A stretch of DNA of 63,994 nt, the filler included, from Basidiobolus ranarum (Eukaryota), in assembly GCA_040143965.1 (NCBI GenBank). It is 3 parts of 3 records of this genome, joined end to end, with 100 filler letters (N's around TTAATTAATTAA, not from the genome) between each part and the next. Parts side by side here need not be neighbours in the genome. Positions count along the whole stretch, not along the records: positions 1 to 22,448 come from JASJQH010007061.1; 2 more parts are not named here. One strand, written 5' to 3'. Positions within the stretch are counted from its first letter, which is position 1. Every line of letters starts with the position of its first letter. Below, in pieces: positions 1 through 14,874 of the stretch. The notes beneath the pieces were generated by a model that saw only the letters and a list, made by a program, of their open reading frames with translations, did not search any database and was not told the origin of the DNA. Both the position numbers and the translations under genes were made by a program.

Positions 1-855
1 CAATCTTTGAAAATAGGAGCTAGTTGCAAATTGGGTGTTCAATATGTTGGCCCCTTTGGCTCCAATTAAATCTAACAACACAAAAAGTTCGATCGTATCC
101 AAGCGGGAAATTGCGTTACCACCGATTGGATTCCCGATTTCTTGGAGCTTCGTATTTTCCCACTTCTCTGCCAAATGCCTAAACAAAATAGAATCAAAGA
201 TATGCTTTTGCTTCGGTTAATTCATTTCGGTGAGAAAACCTTACCTGGCTCCATAAATTGAATCAGTTCTTGACCAAGTGTGAAATGCCTCTTCACCATC
301 CAAGAATACAAGTTCTAAAGCCAATTCACTACTTTTCATCTTTTCAGAGCTCAATATATCATTGAGACTGTGGGCCAAATCCAAAAGTATCGCACAAGGA
401 ACAGCAGAATCCGTTGCACCGATAAAAGCATTTTCGTCAGGTGGTGGGAAATACTTGGAGTCAAAGTGAGCAGCCAAGACCAATTTTCTCTTGGCATTGG
501 GGTTATTCGAAGCAATTATATTGTTGAAACTAACGGTCCCCATGGGAGTAGTGTCATTAAACCTATCTTCCTCTATGTGCCAATTCAACTTTCGAAACTC
601 ATCAAGTATAAAATTTTGTACCTTGAGGTTCCCCTCGGTACCAGATACTCTAGGTATCAATAACGGCTTTAGCAACTCTCCTTCGATGCTCAATCTTGAT
701 GGTATGGTCAATTTCGAAAGTTCTTGAAATTCCCCACTTGTTAAGGTTACCTTTTGGGAGATATCCAAGTTACCAAAACCAAGAACTTCGAACGTACACC
801 ATACTAGAACTACTAAAGCCCTCGGAAAATAAAGTCTCGTTTTGACGCCTAACAT
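1..855 (-). CDS. Glutaminyl-peptide cyclotransferase (M28 family); 3' end runs off the window
   Basis: ORF 241-855 has an N-terminal hydrophobic segment and the motifs PRVSGT, LVLAAHFDSK, GATDSAVPCA, FLDGEEAF and DSIYGAR. After a GT-AG intron at ~182-244 it continues as HLAEKW. Confidence 0.9.
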
Positions 856-1124
856 GAGAATGAAGTGATAGCAACGAAATGAGACGTGGTATTTTCTATA
901 AATAGTACTATTATCGATAACTCCTATTTTTATGAATATTGATCGAGTTTTGTATATATTATTTGTCTAAATCAATCAAGGTTTTAAATAACAGGGGATG
1001 TGTTGATCATAATTTTAATGGACAGCAACCATGCTCAGCAGTCAACAAGCCTACATGAAATTTTTTGAGTGAATGATTCACTATTTACCAAGTAGCAAGT
1101 AAGAGGGTGGTTTTGGAGTGCTCC

Positions 1125-3288
1125 ATGAACGTAATAAATACTTTAGTGAAGAGTAAGAATTTGGCTCGTCTAAACATGAAACCTTTGTTTGCTGTCATTG
1201 GAACTACTGGAGTCGGAAAATCCCAGTTATCCATCGAGTTAAGTAAAAGCTTAAACGGTCAAGTGATAAACGGAGATTCTATGCAAGTAATTATTTTACG
1301 AATATAATAAACGAACGTTTACTTTTCATAGAATAACGTATATGTCCCAACACGTATTTTTCTCAAACTAACAAATTTACCAATCTCCTGTCCATTTGCA
1401 GGTATATAAAGGGTTTCCAATCATAACGAATAAAGTCACTAAAGAAGAGCAAGAAGACATTCCACATCATTTGTTGGACTTTTTGGATGTACAACAAGAA
1501 TACTCGGTGGTGGATTTCGAAAAAGACGCACTCAAAAGTGTATCCTTTTTTCCCTAAAAGTTGCACCATAGATTGTATTCAAGATAAACCTTTGATTATT
1601 ATTCTTAAATGTCTTAGATCGACTCTATACAATCTTCTGGGCAGATACCAGTACTTGTCGGCGGCACTCATTATTATATCCAGTCAGTCATTTGGAATCA
1701 ATCGTTGTTACCAAGCAATAGTGCTACGAAAGGAGCAGAACGAGAAAGCGATACCGAAGACGAATACGAGGATGTGGATACAAATACACTGTACAATAGA
1801 TTGAAAGAAATAGACTCCACTATGGCCGAATACTGGCATCCAAACAATCGTCGGAAAATCGTCAGAAGTTTAAAGGTCATATATATAAGTATGCGTGCCA
1901 AGAGAAACTCTCTATCTAATGTCTTGTTCAATACTTAGGTGTTTGAACAGACCGGAAAGAAACATAGCGAGTGGATTCAAGAGCGGGAAAAGCCTGAATT
2001 ACAGGAAGATCGACTAAGGTAGAGAATCTAGCTGGATATGATGGTCCTACTTTCTTACATCTCACTTATTGACTTCACTCTCTTAGGTTTCCCACGTGTA
2101 TATTCTGGCTGTACTCCGAACCTGAAAAACTATTTAAAAGGCTTGACGATCGAGTAGATAAAATGATCAACGTAAATCTACCTATTCTAACTATTGTCCT
2201 AACATCATCGAAACTCAATATATTCCTGTTTTAAGATGGGGCTATTCGATGAGTTAAAGGAGATGCGTGAACTAATCAAAACAAGCGAAGTAGAGTTCCT
2301 CAAAGATGAGGATGACTTTAGTCGCGGAATTAAACAGGCCATTGGTAAGTAGCGCTCTTCTTTCATCTTGCTATAGTCTTTCGTAAATCAACCTCAATCT
2401 TTTGTATTGCAGGATTTAGAGAGTTCAACGAATATTTTAAAGAATTGGAAAACAACGGAAACTCGGGTACCTCTCTTCTTTTTAATTTGCCATTCTTTCG
2501 ATGTCTTTTGTTGAAACTTTGATTGATTCTTTTAGAGAATCTAGACAAGTTGAAAGTCGAAGCGGTGGAAGCAATGAAATTGAACACAAGAAAATATGCA
2601 AAAAGACAGATCCACTGGATTCAAAATAAATTGATCCCCGTGTACGAGAAATCCATGAATGACAAAGTCAAGCTATATTTGTTAGATGCAACAGGTATCT
2701 ACACAGCATATGAATCGCTGATGAACTACGTCTCACCTTCACCTTTCTTCTCTCTAGACCTTGATCAGTGGGATACCAATGTCAAAAAGCAAGCGATGAA
2801 GATTGCCCAAGGTACAATTTTTTATTCTAATATAAAACCATTACTTCTCCCTAATCAACCGTCATATCCAGATTTCATCGAAGGCAATGAAACACCTGAG
2901 CCAACTAGTTTGAATCAACTTGCTAAAGATCTTCTCAAGCCACGGGAACACCGGTAATTCTGTTATTCTCTTACCCAAAGATCCTCCCTATTGACTATTT
3001 TACACATATTGATGCAACAGACACTCCGGTTCCGTGACAGAATGGAAAAAGTATGCATGTGATATATGCAAAGCCTCTAAAGAGTCCAGCAACCCTTTAA
3101 TCATCAATGGTGTCATAGAATGGGAGCAGCACCTCAAGTCGCGACGACACCGTAAACAATTACAATACAATTCCAAAGTCGCCAAACTAGGCTATGATCC
3201 AAGGGAATTTTACCAAAACAAAAAACGTCAGAGAGAAAAGGAAGATGAGATGGAAAATGAGAAGGAAACAACAAAGACTGATAAATAA
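1125..3288 (+). CDS. MOD5: tRNA dimethylallyltransferase with C-terminal C2H2-type zinc finger, ~11 exons
   Basis: P-loop [57 protein letters not shown]...HLKSRRH. GT-AG introns restore the frame. Confidence 0.93.
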
Positions 3289-3460
3289 AGCATTCGTTTG
3301 AAGGGCTGTTTAATGGTGTGTTTAATGGTAAACAATGGAATATACATACATATATAAGGAATTCGATAATGTCTCAATGAGGGATTCAAAATCAAGCAAT
3401 AACTTGATGAACTAGAAAATAATAGATAGCCAATATATGTCCGTGTTTCCATTCTGAACT

Positions 3461-4783
3461 TTAGATCAAACCAGCCTCCAGCTGTCGTTTGAAATACTCC
3501 ACAGTCTCCTGGATTCCTTGCACGACATTGAAGCGTGGCTCCCAGCCTAGAGACTGTCTAGCCCTGGTGATGTCGGGCTTGCGTCTTTGTGGGTCATCTA
3601 TAGTGGCGGGTAACAGCTTCAACGCAGCTTTTTTGTCCACTTGATCACGGATGAGCTCAGCAAACTGTAAGATGGTATACTCGTCGGGATTACCCAAGTT
3701 GCATGGTTCTGTTTGGTTAGAGTTCATCAACAAAATCAATCCATCCACTAGATCATGAACATATTGGAATGATCGAGTTTGGGAACCGCCACCATAGATG
3801 GTTAGTTCCTCGCCCTTCAAGGCTTGCATGATGAAATTGCTGACTACTCGGCCATCATTTTCATTCATTCGAGGCCCAAAAGTGTTGAAGATTCGAGCCA
3901 CTCGAACTTCAACATCAGCTTGGTACATGTAGGAGTACGTAAGCGTCTCAGCTACTCTTTTGCCTTCATCGTAACAGGCACGGGGTCCACTAAAGAATAC
4001 TGTAAGTATATCTCAAGATAAACATCATGTCATTTCATTAACGGCTTACATAGGATTGACATTTCCCCAGTAACTTTCTTTTTGAGGGTGCATCTCTGGA
4101 TCTCCATAAATCTCTATATATTAAAGTATGTTAGAAATCCCATACAAACTAAATTTGAAGTATTACTAGAAGTGAAGATAAAAAGCTAATTTACCGGAAG
4201 TGGAAGCAAGTAAAAATCTGGCTTTTACTCTTTTAGCCAAGCCCAGCATGTTCATGGTACCTAACACGCTTGTTTTGACGGTTTTGATAGGGTTGTATTG
4301 ATAATGCGGTGGTGAGGCTGGACATGCTAAGTGGTAGATTTGGTCCACTTCAATCAGAAAGGAGTCTACAACGTCATGCCTTACAAGTTCAAAATGAGGA
4401 TGTCCAATCCAATGTTGAACGTTTCTTTTGTTGCCAGTAAAGAAGTTATCTATTACGATGACCTCATGACCCATAATCATTAATCTATCTACTAAATGAG
4501 AACCAACAAAGCCAGCACCACCAGTGACTAGGATACGCTTCTTTTCAGAAGCTTTTAACATCTTGATTGGCGGGAAATTTTGTACTCTAGGCAAGGCTAC
4601 CAATTCCTCTGTATTAATAGGGGCGGACATTCTAGGTGGAAGGTAAATGTTCTGTAGTACGGCATGTGATACAACAGAATCTGCGTGGTCGTATCCAACA
4701 TATTCCACAGGACTTGTATGTCCGTTTAAACTTTGAGCTGAAGTATTTTCGGAGCTGCTCGGTACTTCATCTGAATATGCCAT
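3461..4783 (-). CDS. UXS1: UDP-glucuronate decarboxylase (UDP-xylose synthase), 3 exons
   Basis: [58 protein letters not shown]. Confidence 0.95.
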
Positions 4784-5520
4784 GATTGACTTAATAGGAC
4801 TCCGGGCTAAGATTTTCTTTAGTTGTTTTCACAAAGCGTCAAAGACTGTCGGATATGTGTAAGTTAGTATCTAAGTAACAAACGAAGTACTTTTATAATG
4901 GCCAATGAAGAGTTTAATCTAAAGATGAAAAAAAGCAATAGTGGATATAAACCTTTTACTGCAAATGGTAAACCACTGTGTTTAGATTTTGTTGAGTAAA
5001 ATGGCGAGCTAAAGTTTGTGGTAGTCCAAGATTTGTATAGGGAGTAAGGAGCTAACCTGGAGTTTGCAACTATATATATCCCGAAGAGAAGCGTCTGAGA
5101 GGAGCAATAAAATCAGATTGATCAGGGTTTCTCATTTGGATAGATTTTCGAATAATATGTAGAAAAGCAAATACGATAATTGTTATCCCTTTGGCCATCA
5201 ATGTTCATAAATATGGATAATGCCGATGGGACATATAAGGTAGGAGTGATCAAGCATTTTTGCGGAAGCTAAGCAAATATATTTATGAAAAAGAGAAGTA
5301 AACGGTCCATCAATGGAATTGATAGTTTATGGATGTATCTAGATCTCTTTTATGTAATACTAATTTCATGATTTTGTATACATGTATAAAGGAGAGTTAG
5401 GTCCATTCAAAGATACTAGCCATGTTCAAATAAAATGAGATTTAAGTATCAACATTGGTCAAGCTATAAAAGATTTTTGTACCTTCGTGATTTGATGTTG
5501 TGTTTCAGAATAAAAGAAGT

Positions 5521-5692
5521 GGAGATATGGTCAACGCATCGGCACAATTTCCCACAGACCAAACAAATGGTTACTGGTAGTTGGTTCCTAATTGTTGACT
5601 TTCCATCTAGAGCACTTAAGACAACTAAATAGCTGTCATGGCAGTGACTTGGCCGTAAGATACCTAATCACCGTGGCATGTGCACATGATCC
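5521..5692 (-). ncRNA. Putative structured ncRNA of unknown family, copy 1
   Basis: Identical to 7552-7724 and to the reverse complement of 17784-17956 except for a 1-nt indel in a hairpin loop. TATA box ~35 nt upstream on the minus strand; its stems need G-U pairs on this strand. Confidence 0.55.
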
Positions 5693-6440
5693 AACTTGTT
5701 CTTCAGTCCCTAACCCTGAATTTATATTTATATTACACTTATGGGATTTGTCATATTTTCTCTGCGTATCACTAATTTTAACGCTTCTGGAGATTTTAAC
5801 AAACCAAATTTCCTATTTATCTAACATAATCTGGCAAAGTCGAATTAAACCAATAAGAAATACCCTAACTCGTAGTCAATGAAAATCAGAAACTCACTAT
5901 TTCAGATATATCACAAACTTGCACTATCACCATCTATCATGTATTCTATTTAGAAAGTTTAATGGCATTAGAGATATTACGTAAAAGTCCAATATTAACC
6001 ACGGTAAAGGCAATTACGAATGGTATATTATGTTTGGATACTTAGCAGTACTAGAATACATTATTGCTTACTAATTAAGGTAGGATATCTTATTTGAATA
6101 TAAATACATACAGAAATAAGTTTTTATCAGTTTATACCATTCAAATAACTTATTGTGGCATACTTATTCCACCATATATATAGCATCTCCGATGATTTTG
6201 AAGGGGATATGGTACCATGTGAAATACCTGAACGCAATTGTAATTCTCATCGAAACTCCATGATCCTCAAGAGATGAGACATTGTTCAAGAACTACTAAT
6301 CCAAAGAGAATCTTAGTAAGAAAGAGATTTTAAATCGTTAGAAGAGTGGAGAAGGAGCAACCGGTTCAGGAGCTGTATTGATTATATGATGATTACCGAA
6401 CAAGTTAAGAGTAATGCAAAGCGTTGATACCCCTGATACA

Positions 6441-6502
6441 AAATAACTAAATACTAAGCTATATATGACTATATAGATGTTTAGGCTATGTAAATTTCAA
6501 CA
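6441..6502 (-). mobile_element. Short fragment of the copia-type LTR family (LTR 5' end)
   Basis: ataactaaatactaagctatatatgactatatagatgtttaggctatgtaaatttcaaca matches 22112-22171 and the reverse complement of 44873-44935. Confidence 0.75.
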
Positions 6503-6875
6503 TGAAGTTGACCTTGAGATTATGATCAATCATTCTACTGCTCATAACTTACATTTATAACGAAAAATTGAATGATATTGAACCAAGACCATTCAAAGTA
6601 ATATAACATGGTAACAAACCAATGAAATGGAAGTCCGGATATTAATCCAGCAGGTACACTATGTTCATGAGGTAAAAGCTCTATTTCCGGTGTTTGGCTT
6701 CAATCAGAGTAACATAGATTTGAAATTTTGGATATCTGAAGTTTAATATTTCGCTAGATTATGAAGAAGTAGAGATATTGTTGTAGTCATTCAAAAAGGA
6801 AGAGATTTTGGATGAATTCGGATAGGATATCTGAGTAAAATAATGAAATAAAGGGAAGCTCTAATACAACAAAAA

Positions 6876-6947
6876 GGGCTCAACCGGGAATTGAACCCGG
6901 GACCTCCACGACCCGAACGAGGAATCATACGACTAGACCATTGAGCC
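6876..6947 (-). tRNA. tRNA-Pro(CGG), intronless
   Basis: Cloverleaf with acceptor GGCTCAA/TTGAGCC, anticodon loop TT-CGG-GT and T-arm CCGGG-TTCAATT-CCCGG, followed by T5. Confidence 0.9.
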
Positions 6948-7551
6948 CTGGTTGATTGTTGAAGATTTTGGAAATGGTCATTTTCCTTTCAAGGTTTAGT
7001 TAACCCCTGTTATTTACCTATATGAGTATTCAATTATAATGATTGCCTAAAATGGATTAAAGAGAAATTCAGAATACTCACTCAATGCATTCAGTTCACT
7101 AGTTCCTACATAAGCTTGGTATTTGGCGATATCCTTGGAACACAATGTACAAAGTAACTATATCCATTTCTACAAAACTTAAATAACTAGGAATGCATAA
7201 TCATTAAACGATCCTCATCCGTAAAGAGTGGAGATGCTTTTGAGTATTAAGCCAAGTATCAATAACATAAACAGAGAATGATTGGTGTATTTGAAATAGT
7301 CCTGATGTTACTTGGATAACTAAATATATCTTAAATGTTTTCAGCACACAGCACCATGCTTGGTATAGCTATCTGACTGGCTGTTGGAATCCAATGTTAG
7401 CATAATAACTATCATGAACACCTACTGACATTGGTCCGATCGCGAGCGTAACATTTATCAAAGATTCACTAACAATAGGTAAATGTCCGATCCTAATAGA
7501 TTTCAACAATTCAGTAGTAAAAATTCCAATGTGTTTTAGAATAAAAGAAGT

Positions 7552-7724
7552 GGAGATATGGTCAACGCATCGGCACAATTTCCCACAGACCAAACAAATG
7601 GTTACTGGTAGTTGGTTCCTAATTGTTGACTTTCCATCTAGAGCACTTAAGACAACTAAAATAGCTGTCATGGCAGTGACTTGGCCGTAAGATACCTAAT
7701 CACCGTGGCATGTGCACATGATCC
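7552..7724 (-). ncRNA. Putative structured ncRNA of unknown family, copy 2
   Basis: Exact reverse complement of 17784-17956. TATAAA ~35 nt upstream and T-rich tail downstream. Confidence 0.55.
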
Positions 7725-8804
7725 AAATTATTCATCCGTTACTAGGTGCCACTTTATACTGTCAAGTGTTCATGGGATTTCGAAGCAATTTAAGATATTT
7801 TAATTTAATGAAGATAAACACTACATATGGATTATACTGTTTCTTCCTGAATAACGCAGTCTTGAACTATTCTTGTATTGGAAGCATTGCCACTCACCAT
7901 ATATCATACTGCTCGATATGGAAAGAGGGTGAGTAGATACTAACACTTGCAATTACCAGGTAGCCTATACATACTGACGATGGCAATGCTGAGCTTATTC
8001 AAAAGTTGAGGGAGGGAATTATTGATTCAAGAATGGTTTGGCCTTGGGGTGTTATATATGTCTCCACACTTGTATGCTTATGTCGTCAGTATTGTCAATG
8101 ATTGATCGGAAACTATATAAAGTTGCATGTATGCACTGGTTGTTATCTCAACCTCAGAAATTGTGACCAAAAACATAGAAAACATCTGGAACATAGATGT
8201 GTTTCGATTATGGTTTGGGCTTCGGAACCAGTGATGTGCAATACCTGAATAGTGATAATGGAGTGATTGTGTCAAGACAAAACTTCCACAATCCAACCAA
8301 AAAATAAGCGGATGATCAGGTTGAATGCACAGTGTATGGCTAGTACAATGTCCACAATGAACCTCTCCCTTGCTTGCCTTGACATATCAGCTACATTTGT
8401 AAATCTTTTTGTAGCTGCAGATCACGAAAACGAAAAACATGGGATTTACATCATCAATCTATCAATACCTAGTAACAAACTATACATGGAGAACGATTGG
8501 CTGGGCAGCTATATCTAGCATATATATCTAGCATACATAGATAATGATTAGCAGAGAAACAGAGAGCTGGGAAAGAACAATGTTTAGATTGCCGATGCGA
8601 CTGTTAAGGAGATTATCTGAATGTCTGTTATTTTCTGTTTTTCCGTGAATAATTTTGTTACGCTTAATGTTTGACCTTTATATTCTAGATTCTCTATTTT
8701 ATTCCTAACAGAGGATATATAAGGTAAAGTGGGTCATGAGTGTTCTAAACTTATTAGAAATTGCTTCTACTCTCGATATATCTTCTCAATTTCGCTTACC
8801 AATA

Positions 8805-11800
8805 ATGGACTCTGCATCTGTTGCTTTCTGCCTTGTTCAACCCGCCCTTAACACTATCCACGACATTGGTGACTTTAGTAATAGCTCTATTAATGTAGTC
8901 TCCACCTCCGTTGACTGCCAATACGAACCAAATGGCTTACCTTTGAGCAAATTAACTCAGCTTTGTGATCAAATCGTGGAATTACCCTGCTCTTACGAAA
9001 TCAAACCCACTAACCTAAATAAATGTACCACTGAAGAGCAAGGTTCTAACGTTCGTTACGTGATCCTCTTGTCAGGCCCGTCCCCTCAACTTATTGTTAC
9101 TCAGCGCGCTCTTCTGGAAAGATATCCCTCGGAGGTAGCTAGATATTGCCTCTTCATTTAGAATCGTCACTAATTGTTGCTTCTATTTTCAGGCGGGAGT
9201 AACCTTAAAGATTCATTGTGACGGTAATTTGTTTGAAGGCAACGAGTGGAAGCCAGAAATCCAGGCTAAAATTGATGATATCATTCGAGATGAAGAAGTT
9301 ATAATCAACTTGATCCCAACAAGTACCCAAGTATTTTCTGATACCGAGAAAGAGCAAGCCGTAGTTAATCTATCGATCCAGGGAAACCCCGGTGCTGTCG
9401 AGAGAGCCAAACAGGCGATTTTACGCTTGGAGCAAACTCATGTAAGAGATTTGAATTGTATTTGGATGACCCTAACCCTTACTCACTAATCCCATGTACT
9501 TTCCGCATTATAAAGCACAACGTGCATTGTGAAGAACTTAAAGTTGATGCACATCTGTTGGGAATTGTTTCCGGGCCTAATAGCTCCTACATCAGATCAA
9601 TTGAAAAAGAAACCCGGACCAGAATTATAGTTCCGAAATCATACGGAAATCTTTTGGAAACTAACTCCATTCCAACCCCTCCCAGAAGCATTCTTGTACT
9701 AGGTGACCAAAGTCAAGTAGAGAAAGCGACCCAAATGCTTAATAACTCCATATCTAAAGCGGTATAGTCATGAGCGTCATCATTATCACCTACAGATATA
9801 TCATTCTGACATGGTCATATTTTCGAATGTAATAATAGAATATGGACTTGATCAAGAGACACATTACTCTTCAGCCACGTAAGCTTGACTGGTTACCCGT
9901 TCTTAAATACTCAGAACTGATTGATACTATGGAAGTCAATGGTAAGTGTTGGTACAGATATCATTCAACTAGATGTCAATATTCATTTCTTTGGTAGGTA
10001 CATCCATAATATTTCCTGGTGTCAAATCGGCTCATCCATATGTCATTGTCTATGGCCAGAATGAAGTCGAGGTTTCACGAACTACCAAAACAATCATGCA
10101 AATGGTAAGAATATTTACAGGCATTTACAGTGCACCATAACCATACAGTTTCTGATAATTGCATCTTATGATAGACCAGTGGCATCTTCTCTGGATGGCT
10201 TTGGTTAGAGAATAACATTCCTAGCAGTCAAGCTATTCAATTGCCTTCTCAAGAAGAAACTGAGCAATTGATGAATCGCATTTGTGTGACTTCTGGTGCT
10301 GAGGTAGCCTTTCGCAATTGTTGCTTTGAAGTATGTGGAGAGCCTGATCAGCTTAAAACCGCATTTAGACTGATTGGCAACGAATATTCGTTCCAGGTAA
10401 GAAGCACTCCTTTCTAAGCTTTGATCATCAATATACTAAAAAGAACATCTCTTAGCTCTTTCAACGGGAAACCAAATTCCAAGTGGAATTGGCTACTGAG
10501 CATAGAGAGTTTATTAGCGGGAAAAAGAATGGAAAGATTAACAAAATCATGAAAGTGACTAATACCAAAATCGGATTTGAAAATCTAAATGAATGCAACT
10601 TCTTTATTAACATCTACAGTCCAGAGTGCAGTAAAACACTCGAGGGACTAAAACTTCTTCAGGTTAGCTAGTAATTCAAGAGATTACTATGAAATCTACT
10701 AAACGATTTATGGATATTTTAGGAGGAACTTCCAGCTGAGATTTCTTTCTATGTTCCTGAAAACTACCATAAGCGCATCATTGGTGTGGGTGGAAAAAAT
10801 ATTCAACGGATTATGAAGCAATTCGGTGTCTATGTGAAATTCTCGACAGCTGAAGAGTTTGCAGCCCAAGGAGCCTGCATTGAGTCGGGCGATAACGTCG
10901 TGGCGAGAACACCCGCCAAGAATATCAATAACCTTACCAATTTTAAAAAGACTATCATAGATATGGTTGAAAGCAAGGTATATTTTCGATTTCACTATTT
11001 TGCCAGAATGATTGATTTACTCATCTTGTATCATAATAGGATCAAGAATGGGTGCTCAACTCTAACGATTATCATTCGTCTGGATTTGTGTCTGAGCCTT
11101 TGCCAATGTCCAAGAGCAACTTTACACGCAAAGATTCAGGATTTTCGTATTCTTCGTTATCAAATAATGATGCGTATGAACCCACTATGCATGTATCGCA
11201 AAGACTACAGGATCTTGCATTGAATGAAAGTCGTGTTCGTTATCCATCCTCGGCTAATTTGCACCTTGCTGTCGATTCTGAGGCATTCAAGTTTTTGGTG
11301 AAAAAGATCAAACACGAGCTCAATATTATCTTGATATCGTCTCCACGCGACTATAATGACCTTCCATCTATGAGAAATAATATGGTTGATCAAGGATTTC
11401 ATACTTTTGTTATGAGATATGAAACAAGAGAGGCTAGCCTAATACCACGAGCTCAACAGATGTTACAAGATTTCCTTGCTGCGAATCATGTGAGTTTCTA
11501 CAAATGAATACATGCTCACTATTGTTGCTGATAAGTTATCACAGGCTCCTTTGACTAGTGTCGGCTTTGGTACTGATGACCCTTACCGTCTTCCTGGTAG
11601 ACATATCCCAGTTTCTGCCCCAGGTAAAGATTATACCAAGATATGTATAGGTGTATCCAGACTGACGCAAATAACACAGGGCATATGCGCGACAATCGAA
11701 GCTATTCATTGTTTGACCACAGATCCACTGGCTCATTTTTCGAACCCACAGTACAGGTAATATTATGAAGTAATTTTGGAGATTACGGTATTGAGTTTAA

Positions 11801-12356
11801 CCAATTTTAATCGAATACAGAGACGACAAACTGAACAAGGAATCACCTCTAATGTAAGTCGTAACACGTTGGATTTACTTGAAAATGGTTTTAACATGAA
11901 TCTTCTCTATCAATCAGCTCCAAATTCATCGCTCAGCTCGTGTTATCTCCGAATCATTCTTTGAGGAGAAGGTAAGTCCTGTTTGATTTCAATTCCGTTT
12001 TTGAAAGGACTAGTATTGACATCATTCTCTACACTTCAGAACAGTCTCAAGAACAACGTGTGGTCAAGTCCCTCATATGCTCATGACAGTATGGATAATC
12101 TTATTCATATCGTCAATCAATTACATATCTAACTTCCTATTCATTAGACGCACTCCCCAGGGCCCATTACAATGGTGCTCCTCGGCATATGTCCCAAGAA
12201 GGTAGACCTTATCACAACGACGCATCAGGTTGGCCAACTAGACGTGGTCTTGGACAAGGATTTAATCCATTTCAGACACCATCCAATGGTCCAACCGGTA
12301 CTGATGGTAACCCAACTCCAAAGGCCTCATTCTATTCCGGCTACTACGGATTTTAA
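8805..12356 (+). CDS. Multi-KH-domain RNA-binding protein (S. pombe Mug60/Bicaudal-C-like), many exons
   Basis: KH motifs EHREFISGKKNGKINKIMK and YHKRIIGVGGKNIQRIMK, plus DNVVARTPAKN. Low-complexity C-terminus ends at TAA 12354-12356. The start codon (8736 vs 8805) and the 3' microexons are uncertain. Confidence 0.8.
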
Positions 12357-12980
12357 ATCCAGCTAACCAAATAGATGCACACAGTTGTTTCCTCCTGATC
12401 AAGTCAAAATATAGTAACTTTGGCAAGATGTTAATTTAATTTCTTTCTTTTCTCCGCGTAAACATAATTTTTAGAATAGAATCGCCTCTTTTCTTGTAAC
12501 CGACATATCTTACCTTATCTCAGATAGAAATCACCGCTTTTTGAGGAAAAAATATCCCAAAGAAAAAGAGAAGTTTTGTCTTGGATATACCTTTTTCTCT
12601 TCTTTAATCAACAAAAAAAAATTCACTAATTTCATAATCGCCATCTGTATCAATGTACTCCGCTACCAGATGCTTGTGATATAGTTTGATAATTCTCCGA
12701 ATTTCTCGTAACCTGGACTTTTGCTAGTCATTCCTACAGGGCGGTCACTTCCTTTTAATCTACCAATTTTGCCCCTTCTCTTGTAAAGTGAGATAGATAA
12801 AAATAGATAGAACACTTCGTATTATAAAATAAATTCAACGATATCTTCTTTCTGCCACCCAAACGAATGAACCCAACCATAAGTATTTGAAAAGATTCGC
12901 TAAATTGATGTTGTGTTCTATGTACGTTGATTTATTCTACATCTTTGGAACTAAATCAAGGATGATCACTATCCGGTGTT

Positions 12981-14435
<1,455 letters not shown>

Positions 14436-14874
14436 ATTTTTACTAGAGTGGTTCAAATGGTTTAGAGCCTCCTAATGCACTTAAAATCAAGCACCTATTT
14501 CTTTCGTTTTTTTTTTATTTACTAAATTGTCGTGCTATGAGTCCAATCGAATATGGATTTGGGTATTTCCATTCTTGGATGGCTACTGGTACATCTATTT
14601 CTAGTGAAATTGCTGGTGATGATTATATGTGAAACTAAACGACTTTATTCTACAGTATTTCTAATGAAAGGAAAGGGAAGGGAAAGGAAGGGGAAGAAGA
14701 AAAAGAAAAGGTTAAATAGGAGATGATGGAAAACTTTCTAAATATGAATTAGTGGAGAATAGCTTTAGCAATGAATGATGTGAGGATTTTAATGTCCATA
14801 GATTGAAGACAATGTGAGACAAGAAAACTGGATGACTTTCAACAAGCTTCTATATACAACTTTACAACTCTACT

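Noticed and set aside
5435-5632. Repeated short ORF (CFRIKEVEIWSTHRHNF...) overlapping the 173-nt element
   Set aside because: Starts and stops differ among copies, a 1-nt indel shifts the frame, and there is no synonymous variation. Conservation is at nucleotide level.
5709-5718. CCCTAACCCT telomere-like word beside copy 1
   Set aside because: Fewer than two units and absent from the other copies.
7708-7746. 12-bp palindrome CATGTGCACATG followed by CTAG, resembling a Helitron 3' end
   Set aside because: The CTRR position varies, no A/T insertion context is seen, and flanks decay gradually toward a TATA box. It remains a minor alternative.
14666-14712. Polypurine tract between TRM7 and the HROB-like gene
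   Set aside because: Ordinary low-complexity UTR/promoter sequence.
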